Made by a program: the position numbers and the translations under genes. A stretch of DNA of 64,000 bases from Vicinamibacteria bacterium (GTDB taxonomy: Bacteria > Acidobacteriota > Vicinamibacteria > Marinacidobacterales > Marinacidobacteraceae): contig CAXXLQ010000004.1 in the NCBI GenBank assembly GCA_963668695.2, forward strand, positions 3,136,001 through 3,200,000, read 5' to 3'. Below, piece after piece: positions 1-9,418 of this stretch. The notes below the pieces were generated by a model. It made no database searches. It saw only the letters and a list, made by a program, of their open reading frames with translations, and had not been told where the DNA came from. How positions within the stretch are numbered: the first letter of the stretch is position 1; every line of letters begins with the position of its first letter.

Positions 1-4
1 GATC

Positions 5-988
5 GTGCTCGTCTCCCTGCTGCCGGCGGTTTTGTTCTTCGCCGGCACCCTCTTTTTCGTACACGGGCTCGCAGTCCGACGCGGCATCGAGGCCATGCCG
101 TCGCGCCCGCGAATCCTCGCGACACTTGCCGAAGGGGCCCATTTCCTTGCCGCCGTCGCGGTCGTCGTCGCGCTCCTCCTCATGAACTATTCGCCCCCGC
201 TGGTGGGGGCCGCTGGGTGTCTCGCGGTCGTCGTCAGCGGCGCACTGAGGCGGCGCACGCGAGTGGCACCGAAACAACTGATCGAGGGGCTGGCGCGGGG
301 CGCCGTCACCGCGGTCCCGGTGTCGCTCGCGTGCGCCGCCGCCGGCATCGTCGTGGGAGTCATCGGTCAGACGGGAATCGGACTCCAGTTCGCCGAACTG
401 CTCCTGGGCGCCTCGCAGGGCGCGCTCCTTCCCGCCCTGGGCCTGTCCGCACTGGTCGCGCTGGTGCTCGGCATGGGTCTCCCGGTGACCGCCGCCTATA
501 TCGTCGTAGCCGTGGTCGCGGCGCCCGCCCTGACCGGACTGGGAGTGCCGCTGCTGACGGCCCATCTCATCCTCTTCTGGCTCTCTCAAACGTCCAACGT
601 GACACCTCCCATCGCCCTCGCCGCCTTCGCGGGTGCGGGCATCGCCGGGGGGCGTCCGATGCCTACCGCGTTCCAGGCGGTGCGGCTCGCTGCGGGGCTC
701 TTCCTGGTGCCGCTGCTCATGGCCTACACCCCGCTCCTGCCGGCGGCCGGCGACCCGCTCGGCCTCGCTCAGGGGATCGCCTTCCTCGGTGGCCTCGTCG
801 CCATGGCAGCCACCGCCGTCGCGCTGTACGGCCACGGACTCCGTCGCGCTTCGCCATCGCAGCGGCTCATTCTTGGCGCTGCGGCAATTCTCCTCATCTT
901 TCCGGATCCCCTGCTTCGGATAGCCGGAGCGGGTCTCGCGGGTCTCGGGTTCATCCCGCAGTTGCGGGCTCCGAGAACCCTCACGTGA
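5..988 (+). CDS. TRAP transporter fused permease (DctM-type 4TM/12TM fusion), 5' part outside window
   Basis: Very hydrophobic ORF with LGMGLPVTAAY and SNVTPPIALAAFAGAGIAG motifs typical of fused TRAP permeases; open from the window edge. Confidence 0.85.
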   Translation: MLVSLLPAVLFFAGTLFFVHGLAVRRGIEAMPSRPRILATLAEGAHFLAAVAVVVALLLMNYSPPLVGAAGCLAVVVSGALRRRTRVAPKQLIEGLARGAVTAVPVSLACAAAGIVVGVIGQTGIGLQFAELLLGASQGALLPALGLSALVALVLGMGLPVTAAYIVVAVVAAPALTGLGVPLLTAHLILFWLSQTSNVTPPIALAAFAGAGIAGGRPMPTAFQAVRLAAGLFLVPLLMAYTPLLPAAGDPLGLAQGIAFLGGLVAMAATAVALYGHGLRRASPSQRLILGAAAILLIFPDPLLRIAGAGLAGLGFIPQLRAPRTLT

Positions 989-1450
989 CGGGGGGAAAGC
1001 GTGAAAGGGGGGCTTGCCCCCCGTTCACAGATTGACGTATCTGTCGCCTGACACGCGGGAGCGGCGAGCGGTCGCGCCCTGCGGGATCGGAAGGTGGTGC
1101 GGCCCTCACATTGGTACAGCGCAGCGTCATCGGCGCTGGTTTCGCGCTCCCGCCCGATGCCGGCCGGAGGCCGGCGCTCCCGCTGTCGCGCGCGCTTCAC
1201 GCGGGTCAGCAGAACGACGCTCCGCTGTCGCGCGCCGCCCGCGTGATCGGGGGGAATGTGTGAAAGGGGGAACTCCCCCTTTCACTAATTGACAACGACC
1301 AATCGGAACTCACCGCAGTGCGCCTGCAGCGCACCAGGGAGTTTCGATTGCCGGCGCGAAGCGCCGGGCGGTTCGGAAGGGGGGCTCACCTTCGAACAAA
1401 CGAATAACGACACCTATCGAGATCGGTGCCCCCCTTCCGGAACGCTCGAC
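986..1450. repeat. Family B structured repeat (copy 1)
   Basis: GTGAAAGGGGG..CCCCCTTTCAC hairpin, ATCGGAACTC..GAGTTTCGAT stem, CCGGCGCGAAGCGCCGG hairpin and GGGCGGTTCGG..CCGGAACGCTCGAC module, shared with loci near 16.1, 38.7 and 57.9 kb. Confidence 0.85.
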
Positions 1451-1984
1451 CTAGAGCAGTCGGACGCGCCAGAGGTACTGGAGCGAGGTAATCACCGTCA
1501 GGGTCACCATCGCCGCCAGCAGCAGGGGAGTCACGACACTGTCCACCTGGAACAGGTTCGCGACGAGGAACCAGAGAATCCCCACGACGTTGATCACCGT
1601 CGCGGCCTTCCCCAGCCGGCTGGGAGTGAACTTCCGTCGTTGAACCGCCAGGTTGTAGGCCCCCGCCACGAAAAGAATCGTCGCATCCCGGGAAAGGACC
1701 ATGATCGCTACCCAGGCGGGGATACGGACCGACACCGCCTCGATGGGGGCGGCAAGGGTCACCACCGCGGAAACGATCAGAACCTTGTCGGCGAGCGGGT
1801 CGAGGAGGGCGCCCAGATCGCTGTTCTCTCCGAGCCGACGCGCAAGAGGCCCGTCGATCATGTCGGTCAGGCCGGCCAGCAGGAGCGCGGAAAGAGCGAG
1901 CCCGAAGCGGCCGTAGAGGATGCAGATGACCACGACGGGCGCCAGCAGCAGCCGAAGAACGGTGAGCTGATTGGCGAGCGTCAT
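1451..1984 (-). CDS. CDP-alcohol phosphatidyltransferase family protein (PgsA/Cls-like)
   Basis: ANQLTVLR start and DMIDGPLARR..GALLDPLADK signature. Confidence 0.9.
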   Translation of the reverse strand: MTLANQLTVLRLLLAPVVVICILYGRFGLALSALLLAGLTDMIDGPLARRLGENSDLGALLDPLADKVLIVSAVVTLAAPIEAVSVRIPAWVAIMVLSRDATILFVAGAYNLAVQRRKFTPSRLGKAATVINVVGILWFLVANLFQVDSVVTPLLLAAMVTLTVITSLQYLWRVRLL

Positions 1985-2009
1985 CCCAAGAGCGCCCCGA
2001 GTGTTCTCA

Positions 2010-2351
2010 ACAACCTTTGGACAAAGTGACGTGAGCGCCGAGGACGGCCAGTCCTCCCGGTGGGGGCGAGGCCCAGTTCTCCCGGTGGGGCCAGTCCTCC
2101 CGGTGGGGGCCCGGCTGACAAGGCGCGTGAGGGAGGAGCCCCCACCGGGAGAATTGGCCCGGGTGGTTTTCGACCGAAACGCAACGATGAGCGGCGCGCA
2201 GCGACGGGGTCAGCCGGGATGCATCGCCGGCCGAGCCCCCACCGGGAGAACTGGGCCGCGTGGGTTTCATCACCGGCTGTTCGGCCGGGATGCATCGCCG
2301 GCCGAGCCCCCACCGGGAGAACTGGGCCGCGTCACTTTGTCCACAGACTGC
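2010..2351. mobile_element. Family A MITE-like element with six U-unit inserts
   Basis: Terminal inverted repeat TGGACAAAGTGAC/GTCACTTTGTCCA; core GGCTGACAAGGCGCGTGAGGGAGGA..TTCGACCGAAACGCAACGATGAGCGGCGCG. Confidence 0.8.
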
Positions 2352-2356
2352 TTGGA

Positions 2357-3790
2357 TCAGGGGAAAATCCCGAGTTCCTCGTAGGAAAGCCGGATCTTCT
2401 CGAGGGCCACGACGTAGGCCGCGGTTCTGAGCGTCCCGCACTCTGGGAACCGCGTCCTGGCCTCCCGGATTTCGTCGTAGGCGCGCGTCATCTTCTCTTC
2501 CAGGCCGCTCACCACGAGTTCCTTTTCGTCGGACTGGGTGACCAGGTTCTGCCGCATTTCCGGACTCAGACGCCGGCCGGAGAGCGTTTCCGCCGCGTTC
2601 AGCAAGGCATTCGTGTTGGCGATTTCGAGCCGCTTCTCGAGGAGACCGAAACGCATGTGAGACAGATTGCGCGCCCATTCGAAGTAGGACACCACGACCC
2701 CGCCCGCATTCAGGTAGACATCCGGAATGACCGGAATGCCGCGCTCCCGGAGGATGCGGTCACCCTCCGGAGTCGTCGGGCCGTTCGCGGCCTCGGCAAC
2801 GAGCTTCGCGCGCACTCGCGGAGCGGTCTCGCCATGGATCACGTTCTCGATGGCCGCCGGGACCAGCACGTCGCAATCCACTTCCAGGACCGCTTCTGGA
2901 GGCAGTTCTTGCTCCGCATCGGGGAATCCCTTGATCGTGCCGTGTTCCGAGCGCCACTCCAGAAGATCCGGTATCGAGATCCCCCGGCCGGAGCGGACGA
3001 CGACCGTAGCGTCCCACTCGCCGATGGCGACGACCTTCGCGCCGCGGCGAGCGAGGATGTCGGCGGTGTGGAAGCCGACGTTGCCGAAACCCTGAATGGC
3101 GACCTCCTTGCCCGGCAGCCCGCGCGTTAACCCGCTTCCGGGAAAGTCCTCGACAAAGTCGAGTCCCCGCGCGAGACCCAGCACGACGCCGCGCCCGGTG
3201 GCGTCCTCACGTCCCCGGATTCCGCCCTGGGTAACGGGTTTGCCGGTGACACACGCGAAATTGTCGATGCCGCCGGGATGCAGCGCGTCGTAGGTGTCCG
3301 CGATCCAGGCCATCTCGCGAGGTCCCGTCCCAAGATCGGGCGCCGGAACGTTTACGCCGGGACCGATGAAGTTCTTGCGGATCAGCTCCGCGGTGTAACG
3401 CCGGGTGATGCGCTCCAACTGTTCCGGGCTGTAGCGACGCGGGTCGAAGGCGATGCCGCCCTTCGAACCTCCAAAGGGTACGTTGACGATGGCGCACTTG
3501 TAGGTCATCAGCGCCGAGAGCGCACTGATTTCCTGTTGATTCACCAGCGGGCTATAGCGAATACCGCCCTTGAGCGGATGGCGGTGGTGGCTGTGCTCCG
3601 CCCGCCAGCCGGAGAACACCTCCACGCGGTTCCCGAACTTGACCGGGAACCGCGTGTAGTAGATCGAGTCCGTGATACAGATCTGATTGAGCAGACCCTC
3701 CGGAAGCTCTAGCGCCCGCGCCGCCTCGTGGACCAGCCCGTGAACGCTTCGCTCGAGATCGAGATCCCTGGCCGCACCGTTCGTCGTCAT
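2357..3790 (-). CDS. gdhA: Glu/Leu/Phe/Val dehydrogenase, probably glutamate dehydrogenase
   Basis: KGGIRY, MTYKCA, GGSKGG, VPAPD, GFGNVG Rossmann motif, EAANGP, NAGGVVVSYFEW. Confidence 0.92.
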   Translation of the reverse strand: MTTNGAARDLDLERSVHGLVHEAARALELPEGLLNQICITDSIYYTRFPVKFGNRVEVFSGWRAEHSHHRHPLKGGIRYSPLVNQQEISALSALMTYKCAIVNVPFGGSKGGIAFDPRRYSPEQLERITRRYTAELIRKNFIGPGVNVPAPDLGTGPREMAWIADTYDALHPGGIDNFACVTGKPVTQGGIRGREDATGRGVVLGLARGLDFVEDFPGSGLTRGLPGKEVAIQGFGNVGFHTADILARRGAKVVAIGEWDATVVVRSGRGISIPDLLEWRSEHGTIKGFPDAEQELPPEAVLEVDCDVLVPAAIENVIHGETAPRVRAKLVAEAANGPTTPEGDRILRERGIPVIPDVYLNAGGVVVSYFEWARNLSHMRFGLLEKRLEIANTNALLNAAETLSGRRLSPEMRQNLVTQSDEKELVVSGLEEKMTRAYDEIREARTRFPECGTLRTAAYVVALEKIRLSYEELGIFP

Positions 3791-4758
3791 ATACCGTCAT
3801 CGTAGAGCAGTTGCTTCGAAGTTCCGGCCTCCTCTCCCCGGAGACCAAGGAATTCCGCCAGCGCCGCCTCGCACTCCCTCGGGTTCACGACACACGGGCG
3901 CCCGTGTGTCGCCCCCTCGACGACGATCATCCGGCTCGCCGGGTGACCGTTCGCCCGAAACACGGCAGCCTGACCGTCAGCCGGAGCCCGTCGGTCCTCA
4001 TCGCCGACGATGACGAGTATCGGGACGTCCCCTTCGCCTAGACGCGCCGAGAACTTCTCCACATCCATCTCCCCCGGCTCGAAACCCGCAGTCAGGCCGA
4101 GTCCGATCAGGGTCAGGTCCCCGGCCGGAAAGGGAGGCAGACCGAGCAGGAGTTCCGCGTAGCGGTCCACCACTTCGGGAGCGTTTCGGAAGGTGCTGTC
4201 GAGCACTACTCCCGCGATGTCGTCGACGATGAGAGCCCCCGCCCGCGCCGCCGCCGCGCCTCCCATCGACACGCCGAGAAGATAGAGACGGTCGCGGGGG
4301 TACTCGCGGCGGAGGAACCGGGCCCCCGCCACAACGTCAAGCGACTCGAAGTAGCCCAGGCTCGTGTGGTCGCCGGCGCTCTCCCCATGACGTCTGAGAT
4401 CCAGAGTCAGCGCGTGGCATCCACGGCGGACCAGATATGCGGCCCGGTCCAGAACTTCGTGGCGTGACCGGAAGAGGCCATGTGCCAGCACTACGGAACA
4501 CCCAGCCGGATCCTGAGCCCGAATGAGCCACGACGAGAGACGCACCCCGTCCTCGCTCTCCAGAAGGACCGTTCGGTAGGAGTTTCCGAAATCCCCCGGC
4601 GTCGCACGATCCTCCCGGTCCTGGGGCCGCGTTCCCGCGAAACTCGCGAGAAGCGCACCCACCGCCATCGGCAGCGAGAGGGCGACCAGAAGCAGCAATC
4701 CAGCGACGCTCAGAAGAATCCGGACCCCGCGGCGGTGGCGCTTGCCCGCGACGGTCAT
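3787..4758 (-). CDS. Alpha/beta fold hydrolase with N-terminal membrane anchor
   Basis: LAHG oxyanion motif, DLRRHGES, GVSMG nucleophile elbow, GDED..H; 4-bp overlaps with neighbours. Confidence 0.85.
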   Translation of the reverse strand: MTVAGKRHRRGVRILLSVAGLLLLVALSLPMAVGALLASFAGTRPQDREDRATPGDFGNSYRTVLLESEDGVRLSSWLIRAQDPAGCSVVLAHGLFRSRHEVLDRAAYLVRRGCHALTLDLRRHGESAGDHTSLGYFESLDVVAGARFLRREYPRDRLYLLGVSMGGAAAARAGALIVDDIAGVVLDSTFRNAPEVVDRYAELLLGLPPFPAGDLTLIGLGLTAGFEPGEMDVEKFSARLGEGDVPILVIVGDEDRRAPADGQAAVFRANGHPASRMIVVEGATHGRPCVVNPRECEAALAEFLGLRGEEAGTSKQLLYDDGI

Positions 4759-5957
4759 GTCCTCCCAAGGATCCGCCCGCTGGCGACCCCAGGTTCCGGA
4801 ACCCTCAGAATCAGTAGCGCCGCCAGCCCGCCGAGGCCAGCCATCATCCAGCAGACTGCTTCGAATCCGTAGGGATAGATCAATCCACCCGCGGCAGCGG
4901 CCGAGGCGATACCGAGTTGCGAGAACACGTTGGAAAAGCCGATGAACGCGCCGCGGCGGGCTCCCGGTACGAGCTCACTCCGAAGGGCGGCGAACGCGGC
5001 TATACGCGCCACCCCGAGACATCCGAAGAGGAGCAGCGCGACGACCAGCGGCACGGTGGGCAATGCCGGGAGCACCGGAGTGAGGGCAGCGGCCGCCACC
5101 GATACCACCAGCGTGAAGCGACGCTTGCCAAAGCGATCCGAGAGCGGGCCGGCGAGTAGCTGGGACACCATGATCGCGGCGCCCAAACCGCCGTACAGCA
5201 GGCCCACCTGCTCCAGGGGGAAACCGCGTACTTCCTGAAGCCACCCGGAAGCGTAGGCAGAGACCCCCACCAGGCTCCCGGACATGCAAAACGCCGCCAG
5301 CGCAGCGTTCCGGTGCGGCGGACTTCGAAGGAACTCGAGATGTCCGGCCAGGCTCCGGCCGATGGATCCCGAATTCGCGCCCGCCGCTCGGCGTTCCGGC
5401 AAACCAGCCAGCATCGCCACCGCCACAACCGCGAAGAGCGCGATTGCGGCATAGACCCATCGATGTCCGAAGCGCGCTGCCGCAAAGGCCGCGCCGACCT
5501 GCGAAAGCACCGACGCCCCCATCGCCCCGCCCATCAGGAGGGCCATGATCTTTCCTCGGCGCTGGTACGGCACCAGGTCCGCGACCCACGCCACGGCGAG
5601 TGCCGCGATCGTGCCCCCCGCGAACCCGGCGGCGATCCGGGCCAACATGAAATACCCGTAGCGCGGCGTCAGCGAAATCACGGCTGCCGAACTCAGCATC
5701 AGGATGACCGCCAAGAGCAGATAGGGACGGCGACCGCGAGCGTCGGATAGCGGAGCGATGACCAACCCGGCAAACGCCGCCGCAAATGCATACGCCGAAA
5801 TAGCGAGGCCCACACCCGGAACACCGACGTCGAGCCCTTCGGCGAGGGCGGCGATCAGGGGCGTAAGCACCTGCTGGTCGAGCAGCCCGAGAGCAATGAC
5901 GCTGCCCAACACCACACCGGGCCAGGCAAACGAGGGGCTCTCGGGGCGGGTAGTCAA
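4755..5957 (-). CDS. MFS transporter
   Basis: About 12 TM segments; motif A in both halves (PLSDARGRR, PLSDRFGKRR). Confidence 0.9.
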   Translation of the reverse strand: MTTRPESPSFAWPGVVLGSVIALGLLDQQVLTPLIAALAEGLDVGVPGVGLAISAYAFAAAFAGLVIAPLSDARGRRPYLLLAVILMLSSAAVISLTPRYGYFMLARIAAGFAGGTIAALAVAWVADLVPYQRRGKIMALLMGGAMGASVLSQVGAAFAAARFGHRWVYAAIALFAVVAVAMLAGLPERRAAGANSGSIGRSLAGHLEFLRSPPHRNAALAAFCMSGSLVGVSAYASGWLQEVRGFPLEQVGLLYGGLGAAIMVSQLLAGPLSDRFGKRRFTLVVSVAAAALTPVLPALPTVPLVVALLLFGCLGVARIAAFAALRSELVPGARRGAFIGFSNVFSQLGIASAAAAGGLIYPYGFEAVCWMMAGLGGLAALLILRVPEPGVASGRILGRT

Positions 5958-6124
5958 CGACAGAGGACCGCGCGAAGGCTACCTTCCAGAGCACCGGGAC
6001 ATCCGCCACAGCCCCGGGCCGCGGCGCTCCCCAAGCCACCCGTCCGCCCTGAATCCTGCCCACCGGGCGGCCGCGCGCCGCCAATCAAATCGTGGCGCAA
6101 CGGCTGAAACCTGGATTTGAGGGG

Positions 6125-6152
6125 TTGCGTCGATTCCAAGCCTATATATCCT
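6125..6152 (+). promoter_or_regulatory. Candidate sigma70 promoter for the DUF349 gene
   Basis: TTGCGT-16 nt-TATCCT, 15 nt upstream of ATG 6168, in a divergent intergenic region. Confidence 0.35.
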
Positions 6153-6167
6153 CGCGCCCCCACCCAC

Positions 6168-9125
6168 ATGTCCGTACTCGAGCGATTCGCCTCTCCGCTG
6201 CGAAGCCGCGACGCCGCCGTCCGTGTCAAGGCTGTTCAGAAACATCCCCCGGAGGACACCGCAGCGCTGGCGGAGCTCGCCCGTTCAGATCCGGATGCGC
6301 GGGTCCGCAAGGAGGCAGTGCGCCGCATCGAGGCGCCGCGCGTCCTGCTTGACCTCACGGACAGCGCCGGCGATGACGCCACCCGGCGTCTCGCCCGATC
6401 GCGCGCGGAATCGCTACTCGTCAAGATCGCTGCCGACGATCGGGATCTCGGAGAATCGCAGCGCGCGCTCGGACTCCTTGCCCCGCCGCGCGCGGTGGCC
6501 GAAGTGGCGTGCCGGGCGCGCTTCGAGGCGGTTCGCTTCGACGCACTCGCGCGCCTGACCACCGGACCGGCGGCGGGCGCGGAACGGGACGGTGCGGTCG
6601 CCACGGTGGCCGGAAAGGCCGCCGACCCTGCCCTTCGGAGTCAGGCTCTCGAGGCGATCGTCAGTCCGGCCGGCCTGCTTCAGGTGGCGATTTCCGCCGA
6701 GGATCGCGAGAGTGCCCAAGCGGCGGTCCGGCGGTTGGAAGATCCCGAGTCGCTGCTCGCCGCGGCAAGCAACGCCAGTTTCAAGGGGGTCCGCCGGCTC
6801 GCCCGGCGTCGAGCCGACGAACGCCTGCCACCAGATCATCCCGAGCGGGTGCGGTCGCGCGAGAAGGCCCTTGGTGGCCTGTTGGAACGCCTGGCCGAGG
6901 CCGACCCGGCCAACTCCGGTCAGAATGCGACCCTTCTCGCCGAAGCGGACGAGGTCGCGGCCTCGGGCCCCGCCGCCCCGGAATTCATCACCCGGCTGGC
7001 GGCGCTGCGCGAGACCGTTCAGGGCGGGGGCGCCCCTCACCCGCGCGCCGCGCGTCTGTTGATCCCGGAAGCAACCCTTCCGGCATTCAATCAGTCGGCG
7101 CCCCTCGAAGACACGGAACCACCTCCGGACCTCTCACCGGAGATCGAGGAAATCTTCACCCGGCTGGAAGATCCGGGGGATGGCCTGAGCCTGGACGAGG
7201 TGGACTCCGCCGAGCGGGAATGCGGCCGGCTGCTCGAGAGGATTGCGCGCGCCGGCGCCGCTCGCTCCCGACTCCGGGCGGCGGCGGACGGCGCCCGGGC
7301 ACGGGCGCTGCAGCGCAAGAAGGCCCGAATTCGGGAATTCGAGACGGTCGAACTGGCGGACCACGCCGCACTGCTTGCGAAGTCACTCGAAAACCCCCGC
7401 TCCGGCCCGGAACTCGCACAGGCTCGCCGCGAACTGACGCGTCTCGTGCGGCGGTTCGAGCGCCTGGAACCAGCGGAGACACCGGACACCGAGCGGTTCC
7501 GCAACGCTGCCCGCGGCGTAGAGACCGCGCTCAGCAGCGCCGAAGCGGCACGAAAGGACCACCTCCGACAGTCCGAGGAGCGGATTGCCGCGCTCGAGGA
7601 GCGACTCGGGACGCTGGAGTCATCCGAATCTTTCCCACTCGAGGAAGGTGAGGCGGTGCTTCGCGAACTCGGCGGCCTCCGCAGCAACGCGTCTCTCTGG
7701 CGGCAGGTCGGGCCCGAGCGGCAGGCACGTTTTCAGCGCTCCCAAGCTGCACTCATCCCGAGGCTGCGGGAGGCGCGGGAGATTCGGGAATGGCGTCACT
7801 GGTCGAATCTTGAAGAGCAGTCGGCACTCATTCGCCGAGCCCGGGCGCTCATGGAAGACGACGACCTCCAGCGCGTGGAGCGGGAACTCACGCTTCTCGA
7901 ACGCGCGTGGCACAAGGCCCGGCACACGGGACGCGACCGGGGTCAGGAACTCTGGGAAGAATGGGGGAAGGTCCGGGAAGCACTGCTCGAGCGCGTCGGC
8001 CCGTTGCGCGAAGCCGCGGAGCGCGAACTGGCCCTGCAACTGGAGGGGCTCCGGGCGCTCGCGGAAAAGGCGGAGGAGATCGCCGACGGCAAGGATCCGC
8101 GCCAAGGCGCCGAGATGCGCGCCCTGATGCCCGCCTGGCGAGAGCGCGCCCGGGGAATCGGGAAACGCTCCGAACGCTTGTGGAAGCGGTTTCGCGCTGC
8201 CAACGACCGATATTTCACCGAACTCAAGGTACTGGGAAAGAAACGGTACGAAGAGTTCGCCGCGAACATCCCGATCCGGGACGAACTGATCGGCCGCGCC
8301 CGGGCGCTCTTCGACCAAACGGACGCCGCGGCGGTGCGCGAAGCGGTGCGTGATCTGATGCGGGAGTGGAAGGAGTCGCCGCCCGTCCCGCGCAAGGAAA
8401 GCGAGCGCCTCTGGGACGAATTCCGGACCGCCTGCGACACCGCGCGGGATCGCCTCCGGGAGAAACCGGAAAACCCGAACTCGGGCTCCAGCGAAGCCCA
8501 GGAACACTCTCCGCCGAGGGAAGCGGAAGCCGACCTCCGCACCCGCATCGCGGAACTGGCTGCCCAACCGGCCGGAGAGCGGCGCGACGCCGCGATTTCG
8601 CTTTGGGATGACTATCGGCGGATTACCCGCTCCACCGACCGATTGGCCCGGGAAACCGACCGCGCGTTGCTCGACGTTCTGCGGGAGACCTTCGAAGCGG
8701 ATCCCGAGACCTTTGCCGGCACCCGCCTGGACCAGGAGCAACTCGCCGCGCGTCTGGAAGGCTTGCTGGAAGCGGTCGAGACGCTGGCGGCACCTCGCGC
8801 CTCCGCGCCGTCGGACGCCGGAGTCGTCGGCATTGTGGAACATCTGCAACGCACTCTGCAGGCGGGACGGGCGGCGGACCGCGGGGCAGTCCTGCGGGAA
8901 GACGCACAGGCCGCGACCCAGATTCTGGAGCGAGCCCGCGCTGCCGGTCCGGCGCTCGCCGACCCCACGGTGGAAACCGTAAAGCGGATCGAAGGGCTGG
9001 CCCGGAAGGTCATTGCCCGGGCGCCATCAGCCGAAGAGCAGCCACGGGACCGCGGGCGCGGAGACCGCGGGCGCGAGGACCGCGGGCGCGGGCGTACTCG
9101 CGGGCGACGCCCACCGAGGCCTTAG
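6168..9125 (+). CDS. Large DUF349-domain helical protein with N-terminal HEAT-like repeats
   Basis: Repeated W..G..PR..SE.LW..FR.A.D motifs (ERLWKRFRAANDRYF, ERLWDEFRTACD); N-terminal DPDARVRKEAVRRI; ATG 6168 chosen over TTG 6117. Confidence 0.75.
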   Translation: MSVLERFASPLRSRDAAVRVKAVQKHPPEDTAALAELARSDPDARVRKEAVRRIEAPRVLLDLTDSAGDDATRRLARSRAESLLVKIAADDRDLGESQRALGLLAPPRAVAEVACRARFEAVRFDALARLTTGPAAGAERDGAVATVAGKAADPALRSQALEAIVSPAGLLQVAISAEDRESAQAAVRRLEDPESLLAAASNASFKGVRRLARRRADERLPPDHPERVRSREKALGGLLERLAEADPANSGQNATLLAEADEVAASGPAAPEFITRLAALRETVQGGGAPHPRAARLLIPEATLPAFNQSAPLEDTEPPPDLSPEIEEIFTRLEDPGDGLSLDEVDSAERECGRLLERIARAGAARSRLRAAADGARARALQRKKARIREFETVELADHAALLAKSLENPRSGPELAQARRELTRLVRRFERLEPAETPDTERFRNAARGVETALSSAEAARKDHLRQSEERIAALEERLGTLESSESFPLEEGEAVLRELGGLRSNASLWRQVGPERQARFQRSQAALIPRLREAREIREWRHWSNLEEQSALIRRARALMEDDDLQRVERELTLLERAWHKARHTGRDRGQELWEEWGKVREALLERVGPLREAAERELALQLEGLRALAEKAEEIADGKDPRQGAEMRALMPAWRERARGIGKRSERLWKRFRAANDRYFTELKVLGKKRYEEFAANIPIRDELIGRARALFDQTDAAAVREAVRDLMREWKESPPVPRKESERLWDEFRTACDTARDRLREKPENPNSGSSEAQEHSPPREAEADLRTRIAELAAQPAGERRDAAISLWDDYRRITRSTDRLARETDRALLDVLRETFEADPETFAGTRLDQEQLAARLEGLLEAVETLAAPRASAPSDAGVVGIVEHLQRTLQAGRAADRGAVLREDAQAATQILERARAAGPALADPTVETVKRIEGLARKVIARAPSAEEQPRDRGRGDRGREDRGRGRTRGRRPPRP

Positions 9126-9307
9126 CAGCCTGTGGACAAAGTCACGCGGCGTTCGAGCGGCGATGCATCCCGGCTGAACCGCGTCGCTTCGCGTCGCTCA
9201 TCGTTGCGTTTCGGTCGGAATACACCCGGTATTCCTCCCTCACGCGCCTTGTCAGCCGGGCGCCTCACCGCTCTCGGCGCTCACGCCACTTTATCCACAG
9301 GCTGCTA
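9123..9307. mobile_element. Family A MITE-like element, minimal 181-bp form with no U inserts
   Basis: TA|GCAGCCTGTGGACAAAG...CTTTATCCACAGGCTGC|TA; the left TA is part of the upstream TAG stop. Confidence 0.85.
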
Positions 9308-9418
9308 GCCAGCAGCCAGCGGACACGATCACCCGACCCCCTCCCGCCGGCGATGCGCCGGCGATGCATCGTTCGAGGGAGTCCGCCGGCGCGGCCGGCA
9401 AGCCGCTCAATCTCCCGC

